NCBI GenBank assembly: GCA_040437565.1
Contig: JBDOQK010000028.1
Coordinates: 248,001 to 312,000 of the forward strand
DNA from: Albugo candida
Lineage: Eukaryota
Direction: 5' to 3'
Length of the DNA stretch: 64,000 nucleotides
Shown piece after piece: positions 1 to 12,790 of the stretch (positions within the stretch are counted from its first letter, which is position 1; the number at the start of each line of letters is the position of its first letter). Position numbers and translations under genes: made by a program. Below the pieces are notes generated by a model. It made no database searches, was not told the DNA's origin, and was given only the letters and a program-made list of their open reading frames with translations.

Positions 1-281
1 ACGTTTTTTGAGGTAGAACGATACACTTTTCCCGGGAAATAAGCTTTGTTAATGTCCTCGCGAGTCTTTGAAGCTTTTGGTGCTTCATTATTGTAAGATT
101 GGAAATCGGTTAAAGGATTGCTTTGTTTATTAGATGATGCGCTCGATGTACACAATGAAGCGACAATAGAGCGAAAGTTGTGCTGGAAATACGTCTGTGG
201 GTGTAGTAGTACGCGACTAGGAATATGGTAGGACACACAGCGGCGCCGTGAAATCGAAAGGATTCGGAGAGTACGGAGCAT
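1..281 (-). CDS. 5' part of a gene truncated by the window edge; N-terminus resembles a mitochondrial targeting peptide
   Basis: Manual translation from ATG at 281 is open to base 1: MLRTLRILSISRRRCVSYHIPSRVLLHPQTYFQHNFRSIVASLCTSSASSNKQ... The start is Arg/Ser/Leu-rich with no acidic residues. Not in the ORF track because no stop lies in the window. Confidence 0.6.
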   Translation of the reverse strand, partial: MLRTLRILSISRRRCVSYHIPSRVLLHPQTYFQHNFRSIVASLCTSSASSNKQSNPLTDFQSYNNEAPKASKTREDINKAYFPGKVYRSTSKN

Positions 282-348
282 CCTTTTGGAAGCTGTCCTC
301 CATGAATTGAACTCATGCGGCAATGCATAGCCTGCGTATATTAATATC

Positions 349-1769
349 TTATTTATCGGGCGCGTTTGATTTGTGATGAAACGTGGAGATATCTTTGAGC
401 GATTGCTGAGCAGAGCCACGTCGTAGTGGTGCTTTTTGAGAAGAATGAGGAGCCCAGCCGATAAGATAGATTACCTAGCAATGCATTCGTAAGCGTTGTT
501 GAGACAAACCTGTCGCTATATACCTGAAAAGTTGCCGGGACGAGGCCGTCTTCCAGCCCGTACATCGCCTGATAGATAGAGGCTGCTGCAAGAAGAGAAT
601 CCTTGGTCATCCGCCCTTTTAAAACAGAGGCATTGTTCTCCCCCATTCCTTGTACATGTTCCATCAGAGTGAGAGCATTCGGGTAGTCTACTTGTATGTA
701 ATCTGTATCCACTGCAAGGAGATACTTGGTGGCTCGCTCGAGAAGAGGTGAAAGAAAGGATCTACCTGTACAAAGAGAGAAGCCAGCTCCCTGCAGTAAA
801 TTTCCAGCGTCAGCGACATTCATGAAGGGCGAGATGTGCGGCGAGATGCCACCTAATCGCTCTTGATCTGCCAGAATGAAAGCGCTCCTATCGCACAGGA
901 AGATCTCAAACGATGTGACGTGCCATTGAGATCCATACCGCAGCTCTTGTAGCGTGTCACCGCCCAACACAGCACCAATAAAAGCACCGTCAGGCTTCAG
1001 ACACTCTCGGATCTATCAAACTTGTTAATGCTAATTTGAGATAAAGGAACACATACTTGCACAAAAGTGCTCGGTAAATCATTAACCCAGTGAAGACTCA
1101 GTGAGCTCATAATGAGATCAAAGTGCGATTTTTTAAATGGAAGAAATTCTTCATCCACTGCCAAGTATGACATTTGCACTTTCGAGACATCAAAGTATTA
1201 GTGACACAATTTCATAATCCCTCCTAGCTTACAGCATTCATCTTCATTGCGAGAGGCTGAACTTTTTTGCAAGAGTTTCTCTAATTCATTTCCGTTGTGG
1301 GTTGGGAGTTGTGGAAGGAACCACTTGGAATACCTGATATATCGGATTGTACTAATTCCTGTATGTCAAATCGTTCGTCATCCTCACAAAGGGCTTTGTA
1401 AATGTGACCTGCTCCTGCGCCTAAATCGAGTGCGAGTGGAAATGTCCGCTCAATATCCTTTTTCCGTATTAGTACTGCGAGCAACGATGTGGATGCTTGA
1501 TATAATATACCTGGAGACGATCAACGAGCCTTTTTGCTACTTCGTCTTTTAGATATTCAAAATCTTTCCTATTCTCGATTGTTGCGATATTATTTCTTTG
1601 TTGGCGCTTCACAGCTTCCAGAAACCAGATTAGCAATCTATCCAGCAGAGCAAGTGATCGACGACTTACTTCGGTTGAATATATTGGTTGATTGCGATGA
1701 ATATCGCCTCTCTTTGATAAAGTTGATGCATGATCTTGCAAGTTTTGTCTGGCGACATGCTGCGGCCAT
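349..1769 (-). CDS. NDUFAF5: Mitochondrial complex I assembly SAM-dependent methyltransferase/arginine hydroxylase (NDUFAF5-like), multi-exon
   Basis: Exon peptides: [38 protein letters not shown] (SAM motif I), [84 protein letters not shown]. Separated by short GT-AG introns. Confidence 0.88.
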
Positions 1770-1850
1770 ATTTGTTATTTCATATCTAGTCAAGTATACG
1801 ACTCGAATTATCTCATTTACACTCCTTCAACTCTTCTGCATTGTTTGTTC

Positions 1851-4221
1851 ATGATGCTGAATCGCGGAACACTAAACGGCGATGAATTCACTATTGATTT
1901 CGCCGATGGCGCTATCAAATTTCGTAATGAAGAAGGCACTTTATATTCGAGAATATTCCACATTGTATCGCACCATTTCGACCGTATTTGAGCTATAATT
2001 CGTATCTCTTTGTTGCTGTTTTTGTAGATTGATACTGACATGGATGGTCTCATCGGAGGCAGCGAAGGCGCTTTTTTCATTCGTCGTGCGAATCTGTCGA
2101 ATGAAGACAATCGCGAGGTTTTCACTTGTTTGTTCTCCGTTGTTGAATCTGATTACGCGTTTTGCGGCAGATTTGGCGGTTGGCAAGCGGTGGAAAATCA
2201 CTCGAGAAGCTTAATAAAGACTGCTGGTTTGTTGCTATGAAATTGGTTGCAATGGTTCAGCATACAGGACGCTGTGATATCCAGAGTCTATACAACGGAG
2301 ACACGTATCCTCTTGCCGAATTCCAGCTAGAAGGACCACCAGATAGCATTGTAAGCATACTTCTGACGTTGGTGAGGATTATAGCGTATGTCTGATGGAT
2401 GCTAGTAGCTTCCAGGAGATAAGGAGGGTATAATCGTTGATGCTGAGAGCTTTCGAGTGACTGTGAGTACACCGGTCGTGGCTGGATCGGGCTACTCGCG
2501 TTACACACAATACATCATCTCGACGAAAGTGAGCCTGCAGTTCGTATCTCAATTTTACGTTACTCAACGATCGAGTCACTTCAGGCAGATAGTTCATTCT
2601 TTCCAGTATCGTTCGCTCAAGTCAAGAGACGATACAGCGATTTTGAATGGCTTCAACAGCGTTTATTGATACGATTCAGAGGTGCGTAGACTATTGTTCG
2701 CTGGAATTACAAATTACGACAATGTCATTTAGGCACAATTATTCCTCCTTTACCTGAAAAAAAATGGGCTGGAAGCATGGACGCTACATTTGTTGAGGAA
2801 CGCCGCCAAGCACTCGAATACTTCATTGTAAGGCTACGCGATAAGTTTTTGACACATTGGAAATCAACTTTTACATTTTCTTTTGCAGAATGAGATTTGT
2901 CATCATGGGAAACTTTCAAAAACTTTAGAACTTCAGATCGTCTTGACGGCGAGCGTTGAGGTATGCTCAAATGATTCCGGTTTTTCTGGGCAGAGTATAA
3001 CGGGTAAATGAAGGGTCTTGCCGCGGGTAAAGAGCTTCTCAAAGTCCATTCCTTAATGAAAAGTATGTTGCCGAATCCGGCATCGATCGTCTCGATGTGG
3101 AGCACGCTTAAAGACGGAGCTGCTTTTTCGTCTTCAGTACAGCAAGTCGAGATTCCGGCAGATGACGAGTACGCAAAGGTGTCATTACACTACTTGTAGC
3201 CTGCGTAAATATTGATAAATATGTCAATTCAGATCGGAGAATACATCGAAATCTACGAGAAGCGCATCAGTCAAGTGAAAATGTGCTCTGACAATATTTA
3301 TACTGCTCAAAGAGCCGAAGGGTATGAAATGTCGCGATTTGGAAGCTATTTGTCCGCGTTGTCTGCTTTCTTGAAGAACGATCAAAGCATGCAAGCGCTA
3401 TTCCAGGTTGGCTATTCTCCTTTCATCCTGCAATCATTCTCACTCGACCACCTTAGGCAGGAGGAGATCTATTTGAGAATGTTTCCAATCTGTACCAAGA
3501 TCAGGCAAGTGCTGATAATACCATGACGAAGCCTTGCGATCTCACCATCCTTTAGCTCGATAAAATTCTGGCCATGTACGTCTCCGTGGTCCGATATCAG
3601 ATGGGCAAAATAAGTGCTGTCAAGGTAAGCTGAGTTGTATCCAAAGCAAGAGCTTCTGATTATTTGATCATCTCATTAGGTCGTTATGAGTAATCGCGAG
3701 ACTGCTATCATGGAAGTACAAAAAGCAAATTTCAGCATGCAACGAAATAAGGAAAGATTTGCTGCTGCACGTGCTAGCAGTGGAGCTGCGGCCTCGGCAA
3801 TGCGTGCTGAACAAAAGATGACATCGGTACGATATTTGCAGTCACTTTCTGGATCGCACTCATTTCTTTGAAGGCTGAAGATCGGCTGAATCATGCAAAA
3901 GAGCAAGTTCACTTTATCGCCACCAGCCTTAAACATGAATCGAAAAAGCTTGATAATGGCAAAGCAATGGATCTCAAGCGTGCGTTACTTTCATTAGCTC
4001 ATTTAGAAAAAGATTACCACGCTCAGGTCCGTCTCCAGAAGGTTACGCATCGCATTTCCTAACTGTCATTGTCCCAGGCTCAATCTGCGTGGGCGAGTTT
4101 AATTCCACTTATAGACGTGTCATCAGAAATTCATGCACAGAGTCAGAAAAGAGTTTCCAGTCATGTTTCCTATCGAAAGCCGGGCGAGAAGAGTCCTTCG
4201 GAGTTGATTGGACTTTTATAA
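1851..4221 (+). CDS. Sorting-nexin-like protein: N-terminal EH-like domain + PX domain + BAR-like helical C-terminus, multi-exon
   Basis: Spliced reading gives IDTDMDGLIGGSEGAFFIRRANLSNEDNREIWRLASGGKSLEKLNKDCWFVAMKLV (EH-like), RRYSDFEWLQQRLL..IIPPLPEKKWAGSMDATFVEERRQALEYF (PX), and helical exons ending ..LEKDYHAQAQSAWASLIP..IGLL*. Exon boundaries were inferred by eye. Confidence 0.78.
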
Positions 4222-4429
4222 TATCATTCGAGCGCAGGAACACACCAAGTTATTATCATGCTTGGATTACCATGCAATGCATATGCTTCAAAGCAAATTT
4301 TTATTTCTATGAATTTCATTGACATTCACCGCAAGTGTTGAGATATTGTTCCACGTTGAGAATTGATCTGTCATCACTTCTATCACAACTCGCACCGAGA
4401 AACACCAGTCACAATAGCGAAGCCTTATC

Positions 4430-7400
4430 ATGGATGATTCCCCTCCACTGACTCTGTTTAAAACCACTAAAGGAATGAATTTCGATTCGTGGACCTCTCG
4501 ATGTCGATTATTAGGTTCTGTTGTCACGAATCGTCCTCTTGGCTCGAGTCTGTACGTTCTTCTCATTCCGAAATTCGAGTCGGAATGCTTCATTTGTGTC
4601 GGTCATCTTTGCTCTTTGCAAAAACAAAGCAAAGTTGATTTCGACGCAATGATTTCCTTNNNNNNNNNNNNNNNNNNNNNNNNNNNNNNNNNNNNNNNNN
4701 NNNNNNNNNNNNNNNNNNNNNNNNNNNNNNNNNNNNNNNNNNNNNNNNNNNNNNNNNNNTCCACTGACTCTGTTTAAAACCACTAAAGGAATGAATTTCG
4801 ATTCGTGGACCTCTCGATGTCGATTATTAGGTTCTGTTGTCACGAATCGTCCTCTTGGCTCGAGTCTGTACGTTCTTCTCATTCCGAAATTCGAGTCGGA
4901 ATGCTTCATTTGTGTCGGTCATCTTTGCTCTTTGCAAAAACAAAGCAAAGTTGATTTCGACGCAATGATTTCCTTTAAGCGTTCTTTACTATCAGAATCC
5001 CTACTCTCTGAGCAAACACAAGTGGATAAACGGTATTCATTGGTATGGGTTCCTAAAACAGCGATCACCGATGCAAAGAATATCGTCCTGAAGCTCGCTA
5101 TAAATGATAACGAGAAATCGCATTTTATCCGACAAAGTCTAAACGATATAAAGTACAAAAGCTATCTTCAACAAATCCTACAAAGTGGTCTTCTGGTTCG
5201 ACAAGATGCTATTATTCGATGCCCACTGCCTCCAGCGATGAAAGCCTCTGCCCACAAATCATACGTGGAATTTATCGTCGTATCCGTACTTCCTTCCACG
5301 TCGCACTTTCAACGCATAACACCAAATTGCCGCTGTTCATTCACATTTCCACCCGAAAATAGCAGTGAAGTCGTCATGGATGAGGATGTGAGCGTCGCAG
5401 GCTTAGAAGAAGAACAACAGTATCTCAAAGACCTCATTCTGTTTCCCATCGCTGCATCTCAGAATAATATCGCCATAAACTTTCCTCGTGCAGTCCTCCT
5501 GTGCGGTCCACCAGGAGTTGGAAAAACGCTACTTGTTCGTGCTGTGACGACACAATGCAGCAAGCTGGCTCCCTTGATGCTCAAGACACTTAACGGGGGA
5601 GATATAATCACCGGCTTGATTGGGGACGCAGAGCGCACGCTTCGAGAAGTATTCGCTGAATGTAAACGACATAAGGAGAGAACCAACGGGGTCAGTGTGG
5701 TATTCATCGATGAAATCGATGCTTTGTGTCCCAAGCGATCCATCGAGAACACCAGTATGACTCAGGCTCGTGTACTTGCTCAATTACTTGTGCTGCTTGA
5801 TGATAATAGTAGCGACTCTCGGCACAATGTGATCGTCATTGGTGCGACCAACGTACCCAATCTCATTGACGACGCGCTGAAGCGTCCAGGTCGCATCGAC
5901 CGGGAGATATATATCCGCGCGCCTGACATGGAAACACGTGAAAAGATTTTCGACTTGCACTTGAGCAACTTTTCTCTGGTCAACGCTTACACGACGGAAG
6001 AGCGTAATGAGTTTATCGAGTATCTCGCCAGAATCACCATTGGCTATGTTGGAGCAGATATCGCCGCATTGTGTCGAGAGGCTTATAAAACTGCATCTCA
6101 ACGGCAGAAAGGAGATGATCATGTGTCAGAAAATCGACCTGTGGTATTACACAGTACACTCCAATGCCTGGAAAGATTGAGTATCATTGGCGCTAAAGCA
6201 TGGATTGTGACTCCAACGCCGCTCTGGTTCCTGCAATATGCTGATGCAGGGCAACTTTGTCGTATACTTGGTCGAGGCTCGTGCAATAAGCAAAGGCTTC
6301 TGCATCAAATGGGTCCCAAAACGTGCTCCTTGTTGCGTCGTTCGGATTTCGACAGCGCACGACAATTTGTTCCCGCGTCATGTCTGCGGGGTGCCTTGGG
6401 CTCCATGTACGACTATAATCACAAGTGCTCATTTTTGCTCACTTTCAGTGGCATCATAGGACCTTCGGAGAGAAACGGGGATGGGATACAATCGGTGGCC
6501 AAGAAGATGTCAAAATGGCGTTGAAGCAAGCACTCGAATGGCCTATACTCTACTCTAAGCAATTTTCTCGGTTTGGAATCCAGGTGAGTTAGAGCCAAAG
6601 TGTACCGAGTTTTTATACCAAAGTCCAACTTGTAGCCCCCACGGGGAATTCTTTTATATGGACCCCCTGGATGTAGCAAAAGCTCACTTGCTAGAGTTGC
6701 GGCTACTTCCAGCGGAATGACGTTTCTGACACTTTCAGCGGCCAATGTGTTTTCTCCTTTTGTGGGCGATGCAGAGGCAACGATTCGTCAAGCATTCCGT
6801 GATGCTCGCGCTGCATTACCTGCGATTCTTTTCCTCGACGAAATCGATGTTTTTGCAGCCAAACGAGCTTTCAATCAGCCTGGGAAAAGCGACGAATCTG
6901 GTCCTAGAATTTTCTCGTTTTTATAATCATTCTGACGCCTTTCATAGGAAGCCCGGCAAGCCTTCGCGTTCTTTCGACTCTTTTGAATGAGATGGACGGA
7001 ATTGAATCAGCAGAAGGTGAGTTAATATCTCTATTGCAGCCGAAGCCTCATTTCTTCCTCTAAGGCCTAATCGTAATCGGAGCCACTAACCGACCCGAGT
7101 GCTTGGATATCGCTTTACTCCGCCCAGGTCGATTCGATCGATCGTTTTATATCGCTCTTCCGGGCTTTACCGACCGTCTAAAGGTACATCAGCAGCCATT
7201 CGAAATTATGCCTTACTCGGTATATAGATCCTCCAAATTTACACCAGCCGCATGTCCTTAAACCCCGATATCAACTTGAAGAAAATCGCGTCTCAGACGG
7301 AGAATTTCAGCGGCGCTGATTTAGAGGTACTCATTAACACTCCCTCAAATCCTCACTAAGATCAATGTGAAGAATTTGTGCCGAGAAGCGGCTATTCATG

Positions 7401-7561
7401 CTTTACGAGAGAGTCTACAGAGTAAGTGTATCAGCATGCGTCATTTGGAAAACGCCTGTGTGGAGATGCGTCCATCTTCATCCAAGGAATCGCTCAATAG
7501 GTATCTAGCTTTTGGAGGAAGCAAATCGGTTCCTCACAAACAAGAAATCACTCATTTTTAA
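4430..7561 (+). CDS. Double AAA+ ATPase of the CDC48/AFG2 (SPATA5/SPATA5L1-like) family, multi-exon; 5' part artefactually duplicated across the gap at 4660-4759
   Basis: D1: [35 protein letters not shown]2: [52 protein letters not shown]. Confidence 0.88.
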
Positions 7562-7695
7562 TGGCTTCCTTTGATTGGTTCCAAAAAGATACCAATCATA
7601 TTAGAATGCAAGAAGACGCCACAATTTTGTTTTTCAGGCGTCTGTAGATATTTGCGTTGCAAGAGGAGCCTTACGTCTAAAATTTGCTTTGTTTC

Positions 7696-8598
7696 ATGTA
7701 TCTACGAGCTATTCCGAAACCACATTCTTCCATGAGAGCGTTCCGAAGCGGGTTGTCCTCCCACTTTCATAGAATCCCAAAGCTTCCCAAATTGATCACA
7801 CAGCAACCTTCACATAAGACAAACGCATCGTCTAAACGGTGTTTTGATCGCTTGTTCTCATCCACTCAGTCCAACGCGTCCGGTCAGAATGTCAATACTA
7901 TAAAATCAAAATCGTTTTTCCGATCGCTTTGGACGGCGTACGAACAAGCGCTCCAACAACGTCCGTACTTGACCAAAACGATCACGGCAACTACGATTGC
8001 AGCAACTGGAGATATTATCTGTCAAATTGCGTTGGAAAAGGGATTGGTCGGTGATCTAAACGCGCTGAATGAAAAGCAAAAGCTGGCCGTACAGGGTGAT
8101 GCGAGCAAAATAGTTATTGATTGGAAAAGACTTGCGATTTTCTCTTTCTTAACTGGAGTGGTGATGACGCCTATTTTACATCATTGGTATTTGTTTCTAT
8201 CGCGTAATTTCGCAGGCGCAGGAAAACAGGTTTGTGATGATGGCGTTGATTACTTGCTCGATTTTCATTTGAATGTGTAGGCCATTGCCAAACGGCTGAT
8301 ATTGGATCAGTTTCTTTTCGCGCCTTCATTTCTTCCGATTTTTTTTACTATGTTGCTCACGCTTGAAGGTAAATTTGACAAAGTTGCTTCAAAGTTACAT
8401 CAAGAGTGGTGGCCGACAATTAAGACGAATTGGATTGTATGGATACCGGCTCAGCTCATTAACTTTGGTTTTGTTCCCGGAAATCTCCAGGTGTTATTCG
8501 CCAATGTCGTCGGACTTTTCTGGAACGCGTATTTGTCGTATGTAAGTCACGGGAATCCTCACGCTGAGCTTGAAAAGCAGGACATTGTGAAGGAATAG
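7696..8598 (+). CDS. Mpv17/PMP22 family membrane protein (2 exons; start codon uncertain)
   Basis: RPYLTKTITATTIAATGDIICQ, IDWKRL, DQFLFAP, NWIVWIPAQLINFGFVP, LFWNAYLSY. Intron at about 8230-8280. Confidence 0.9.
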
Positions 8599-8897
8599 AG
8601 AGAAATATACGTGTTCTCTGTATACTTTCGCTTTTTATATGGTCTGTTTTTCAACAGCTGACAGTATAGCAAAGATGTCTAGCAGCTATTTAATATATCT
8701 GTACTCAATTCGGCTCCTCAGTAGACAGATCTTCGCTCCTCATGTGTCGCGCTACCGCAGCCTTTACATGGGATGAGTGATAGGCTAGCGCAAGGAGATT
8801 CTTCTGATGTGTGGACGAGAAATGACTTTGATTCTCACACCATCTCTGATCCTCACCGCTCGGATATAGTACCGTGTGTCACATAATAGCATCCCAA

Positions 8898-10026
8898 ATG
8901 GACGAAGACTATGGACATCTGACGCACAGTATTGTTGGATTGGGTAATCCCTTACTGGATATCATTGCACAAGTCGATGAAGACTTTTTAAGCAAACATA
9001 ATCTTGAGCTGGATGACGCCATCCTAGCAGAGGACACACACACGCATTTATTTAGTGAACTTGAAAATCGTTATAAACCGATTTTCATCGCAGGAGGCTC
9101 AACGCTAAATACAATGCGAATTGTTCAATGGATGCTGAATTACGTCAATCCCAAGGCAACATGTTTCTTTGGAAGTATTGGGAAGGATAAAAATGGACAA
9201 AAATTGAAGGAATGTATCGAAAATGATGGCGTCCGGGCTCACTTTTTGGAGCATGACGATACGTCCACCGGTGTCTGCGCCGTTTGTCTCGTTGAGAATC
9301 ACCGCTGTTTGATCGCAAAGTTATCTGCTGCCAATATGTTTCATCACGAGCATTTGATGTCCGACTCGAGTAAGGTGAGCTTCTAAGCCTTTGTCTCGTA
9401 CGATATCTCATCGTTGTGTCTAGAGCATCATAGAGAATGGCACATATTTTTACGTATCGAGCTTTCATCTCACAGTGTCACCTGAATCGGTGTTACTGCT
9501 GGCTCAACACGCGCACGAGAAAAATCGAGTATTCATGCTGGGTTTAGCAGCGCCCTTCATCGTGGAAGTGTACATGAACGCTATGTTGACTGTAATTCCG
9601 TTTGCGGATTTTGTGTTTGGGAATGACACAGAAGCTCGGGCATTTGGTGCTGCTCATGGATGGGGAAATGATCTCATCGATATCGCGCTAAAATTAGCAA
9701 GTCTGCCAAAAAATTCAGGCTTAAGAGCCCGGACGATTGTTCTGACGCAAGGATCTGATCCAACGATCGTAATTCATCAAGGAGAAATTTTTCTTTTTGA
9801 AGTTCCACAAGTCGATCCGAGTGAAATTGTCGAGACGAATGGCGCTGGTGACGCATTCGTAGGTGGATTCATATCTCACTTCGTACTCGCTCGATCCGTC
9901 GGGGATTGCGTCAAAGCCGGTCACTGGGCGGCTCAAGTTGTCATTCGTAGTTCAGGTTGTACGTTTCCTGAAAAGTGCGAGTACATGGAAAAAGAAGACG
10001 AATTTGACATAAATATTATACGATAA
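8898..10026 (+). CDS. ADK: Adenosine kinase (PfkB family), 2 exons
   Basis: GLGNPLLDI, AGGSTLNT, FFGSIGKD, LAAPFI, DFVFGN, TQGSDPT, ETNGAGDAFVGGF, SGCTFP. Confidence 0.92.
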
Positions 10027-10090
10027 AATATACTCAACATTGTTGCAAAAAACCACTGGCCCAAATGAAAAAACAAATTCCATCGAAACT

Positions 10091-11425
10091 TTATTTCAGG
10101 TAACTTGATAAAAACTTTTCTGGGTCAAGCACAAAATCATCATCGTCTCCGATGCCATTAAGATCGTCAATACGGATGGAGCCATCCACCTGAGCGTCTA
10201 GGCAGTCGGGATATAATGGCGAGTGACATTGACTCAGATCCAAAGTCGATGATGTACTCGGTTCAAGAGTACAAGTGTCTGGGAATCGCACTGGGTCATG
10301 TTCGGGGCTTGTTGAAGAAAACCAATCTAGATTTTCATCATCACTGAGTAATAATTCATCATTATCCATCGCCGCCAACGCGTGATCGACCGCTCCTTCG
10401 GCCTGTAACGGGAACTCTGTGATGTTTTTCTCTTCCGCAAAATCCAAAATCAATGAGCTGGATCGATCGTCGGGTTCCAAAATATGATTCCTTGAGTCAT
10501 TTACCGGTACTGCCTGAATACAAGCATGGTTTGTATCGTCTAAATGATGCGGTTCTAAGCGAGTTCGTTCATCCAAACTCGAATCTCGCAGGAGTTTCTT
10601 CGACAATTGTAAATAATCGGCATCATCACGCGTAAATTTTCTCTTCCTCACATTGCATTTTCGTTTGTGTGTTGATGAAAAAACAGAATCGAGCGAAGGA
10701 GCCAAAGGATTCGAACTTGACGTATCGACCAAACCATCAACTTTATGGACTAATTGCTGCTCTCTTTCCTTCATTTTTGCTTCTTCTTTTTCGAGCTTTT
10801 GATAATACTTTTGAGCATGTGTTCGGATTTGTACAACAGTCCGAGTTTTGATCAAAGTGGCAATTTTTTTCCAAGCCCGATAAGGAAAGGTTTCCAGACC
10901 TTTGAGAAATAATTTGTGCTCAGCTTCTGTCCATCGACCGGTATTTGCCTTAATTGGACCTCCATCTGATTCCGAATCAGATTGCTCCTGTGAATCATTC
11001 GAGCCTTCCGGTGGACTGACTTCATGAATGGGCTGAATAGAAGGCTGATCACATGCTGATCCGACCACAACCTGCTGTGATGGGGTTCCATACGACTGCA
11101 CAGGTGCCGAAATACAGTCTTTGGCGAAATTTGGACGTGTCAATGAGGTCTTTATAGTGGCAGAATTTTCATTCAGAATGCTGGTTTTCAAAGATGGATC
11201 TCTAGGCGATACTGATGTACTCAATTCTGGACGTCCGTTTCTCAAAGAATCACAGAATCCGTCATCAAATTCGGTCGTTATGGAAGGCGTCATGGGATTT
11301 GCTTCTAATTCGGTCGACTGGTTCTCATTGGAATGAACTGGAAGTAGCACCAAGTCGACGACATTCTTTCGTCGGAGTAATCTGTTGACCGAAGGTTGCG
11401 CTACTCGTATTTGTGTATTGGTCAT
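10091..11425 (-). CDS. Single-repeat Myb-like (SHAQKYF class) transcription factor
   Basis: TGRWTEAEHKLFLKGLETFPYRAWKKIATLIKTRTVVQIRTHAQKYY, with an acidic C-terminus. The first in-frame ATG is at 11425. Confidence 0.88.
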   Translation of the reverse strand: MTNTQIRVAQPSVNRLLRRKNVVDLVLLPVHSNENQSTELEANPMTPSITTEFDDGFCDSLRNGRPELSTSVSPRDPSLKTSILNENSATIKTSLTRPNFAKDCISAPVQSYGTPSQQVVVGSACDQPSIQPIHEVSPPEGSNDSQEQSDSESDGGPIKANTGRWTEAEHKLFLKGLETFPYRAWKKIATLIKTRTVVQIRTHAQKYYQKLEKEEAKMKEREQQLVHKVDGLVDTSSSNPLAPSLDSVFSSTHKRKCNVRKRKFTRDDADYLQLSKKLLRDSSLDERTRLEPHHLDDTNHACIQAVPVNDSRNHILEPDDRSSSLILDFAEEKNITEFPLQAEGAVDHALAAMDNDELLLSDDENLDWFSSTSPEHDPVRFPDTCTLEPSTSSTLDLSQCHSPLYPDCLDAQVDGSIRIDDLNGIGDDDDFVLDPEKFLSSYLK

Positions 11426-12790
11426 AATGATGCAGTGATGTTCCTTTTCGTTTTGATGTTGCACAGGAGGTGGAGCAGCCACAGCACAACCAGATATGAG
11501 CTTATACAGGGGGAAATTCAAGTTGGTAGCTGATCGATTGGCAACTTACAACGTGAGGCTCCTAGAGTCAAAAGTCAAATGAGCAAACGCGCAAGTACAC
11601 TTAACAAAACATTATCGTTCACTAAAACATCGAAGCACCAATCAGCGCACTTAATATATTATTTCTGCCAATTAGATGCGACAAAACCACCAAAATTCTT
11701 CCACATTTCTAAACCCACCCGCTTTTGGTGTTGCGATATAAATTTGAGGACTTTGGCTCGTGGGTACCGAGGATGATCAAAGAATGATGACCCGTTACAA
11801 CCATGACGCGAATGGTGTTTATTTACTGGCTTAGTAGAGCTATAGGCGGATCTTGTGCGCATCAATTCGTCAGAAATGGGCGTGACGGGTTCATGCAAAC
11901 AAATGACCCGAGTGAATTTTTCAGAGCGTCGCGTGCGCTGAAGTAAGAGTTTTGAAATCTGATGATTAGGGCAGTATCTTATTCTTGGGAAACATTCTGT
12001 CGAAAATTCCGTTTCAAGCTTAAAATTTGGTTGACGCTTCACAGGAAACGCACCTTGCGCTTTCTGAATACTTTTTGTATTGCGGCGTCCGTTGAAGACN
12101 NNNNNNNNNNNNNNNNNNNNNNNNNNNNNNNNNNNNNNNNNNNNNNNNNNNNNNNNNNNNNNNNNNNNNNNNNNNNNNNNNNNNNNNNNNNNNNNNNNNT
12201 TTATTTACTGGCTTAGTAGAGCTATAGGCGGATCTTGTGCGCATCAATTCGTCAGAAATGGGCGTGACGGGTTCATGCAAACAAATGACCCGAGTGAATT
12301 TTTCAGAGCGTCGCGTGCGCTGAAGTAAGAGTTTTGAAATCTGATGATTAGGGCAGTATCTTATTCTTGGGAAACATTCTGTCGAAAATTCCGTTTCAAG
12401 CTTAAAATTTGGTTGACGCTTCACAGGAAACGCACCTTGCGCTTTCTGAATACTTTTTGTATTGCGGCGTCCGTTGAAGACTGCGTGGACTCTTGCCACT
12501 AAATACGCTCAATGTCACTGACATACTTGGCGACCGACTGTAGTCAATAATCAAATTTTTTGNNNNNNNNNNNNNNNNNNNNNNNNNNNNNNNNNNNNNN
12601 NNNNNNNNNNNNNNNNNNNNNNNNNNNNNNNNNNNNNNNNNNNNNNNNNNNNNNNNNNNNNNGGCGACCGACTGTAGTCAATAATCAAATTTTTTGAACG
12701 CGATACTTCCGTACTTAATAATCGTACCTTGTGTAGCTGCGTCGTTTCGAGGTCCATCCAACATCGCTTCGTCACTTCAACTTTATCCAA

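Noticed and set aside
4444..4975. Apparent tandem duplication of the AAA ATPase N-terminus (likewise in MBOAT B, the WD40-like gene and the kinase)
   Set aside because: Identical copies sit exactly either side of 100-N gaps. These are unmerged contig overlaps, not biology.
11819..12700. Direct repeats and ORFs between the Myb and IFT172 genes
   Set aside because: These are gap-flanking duplicates, and the ORFs cross N runs and have no recognisable motifs.
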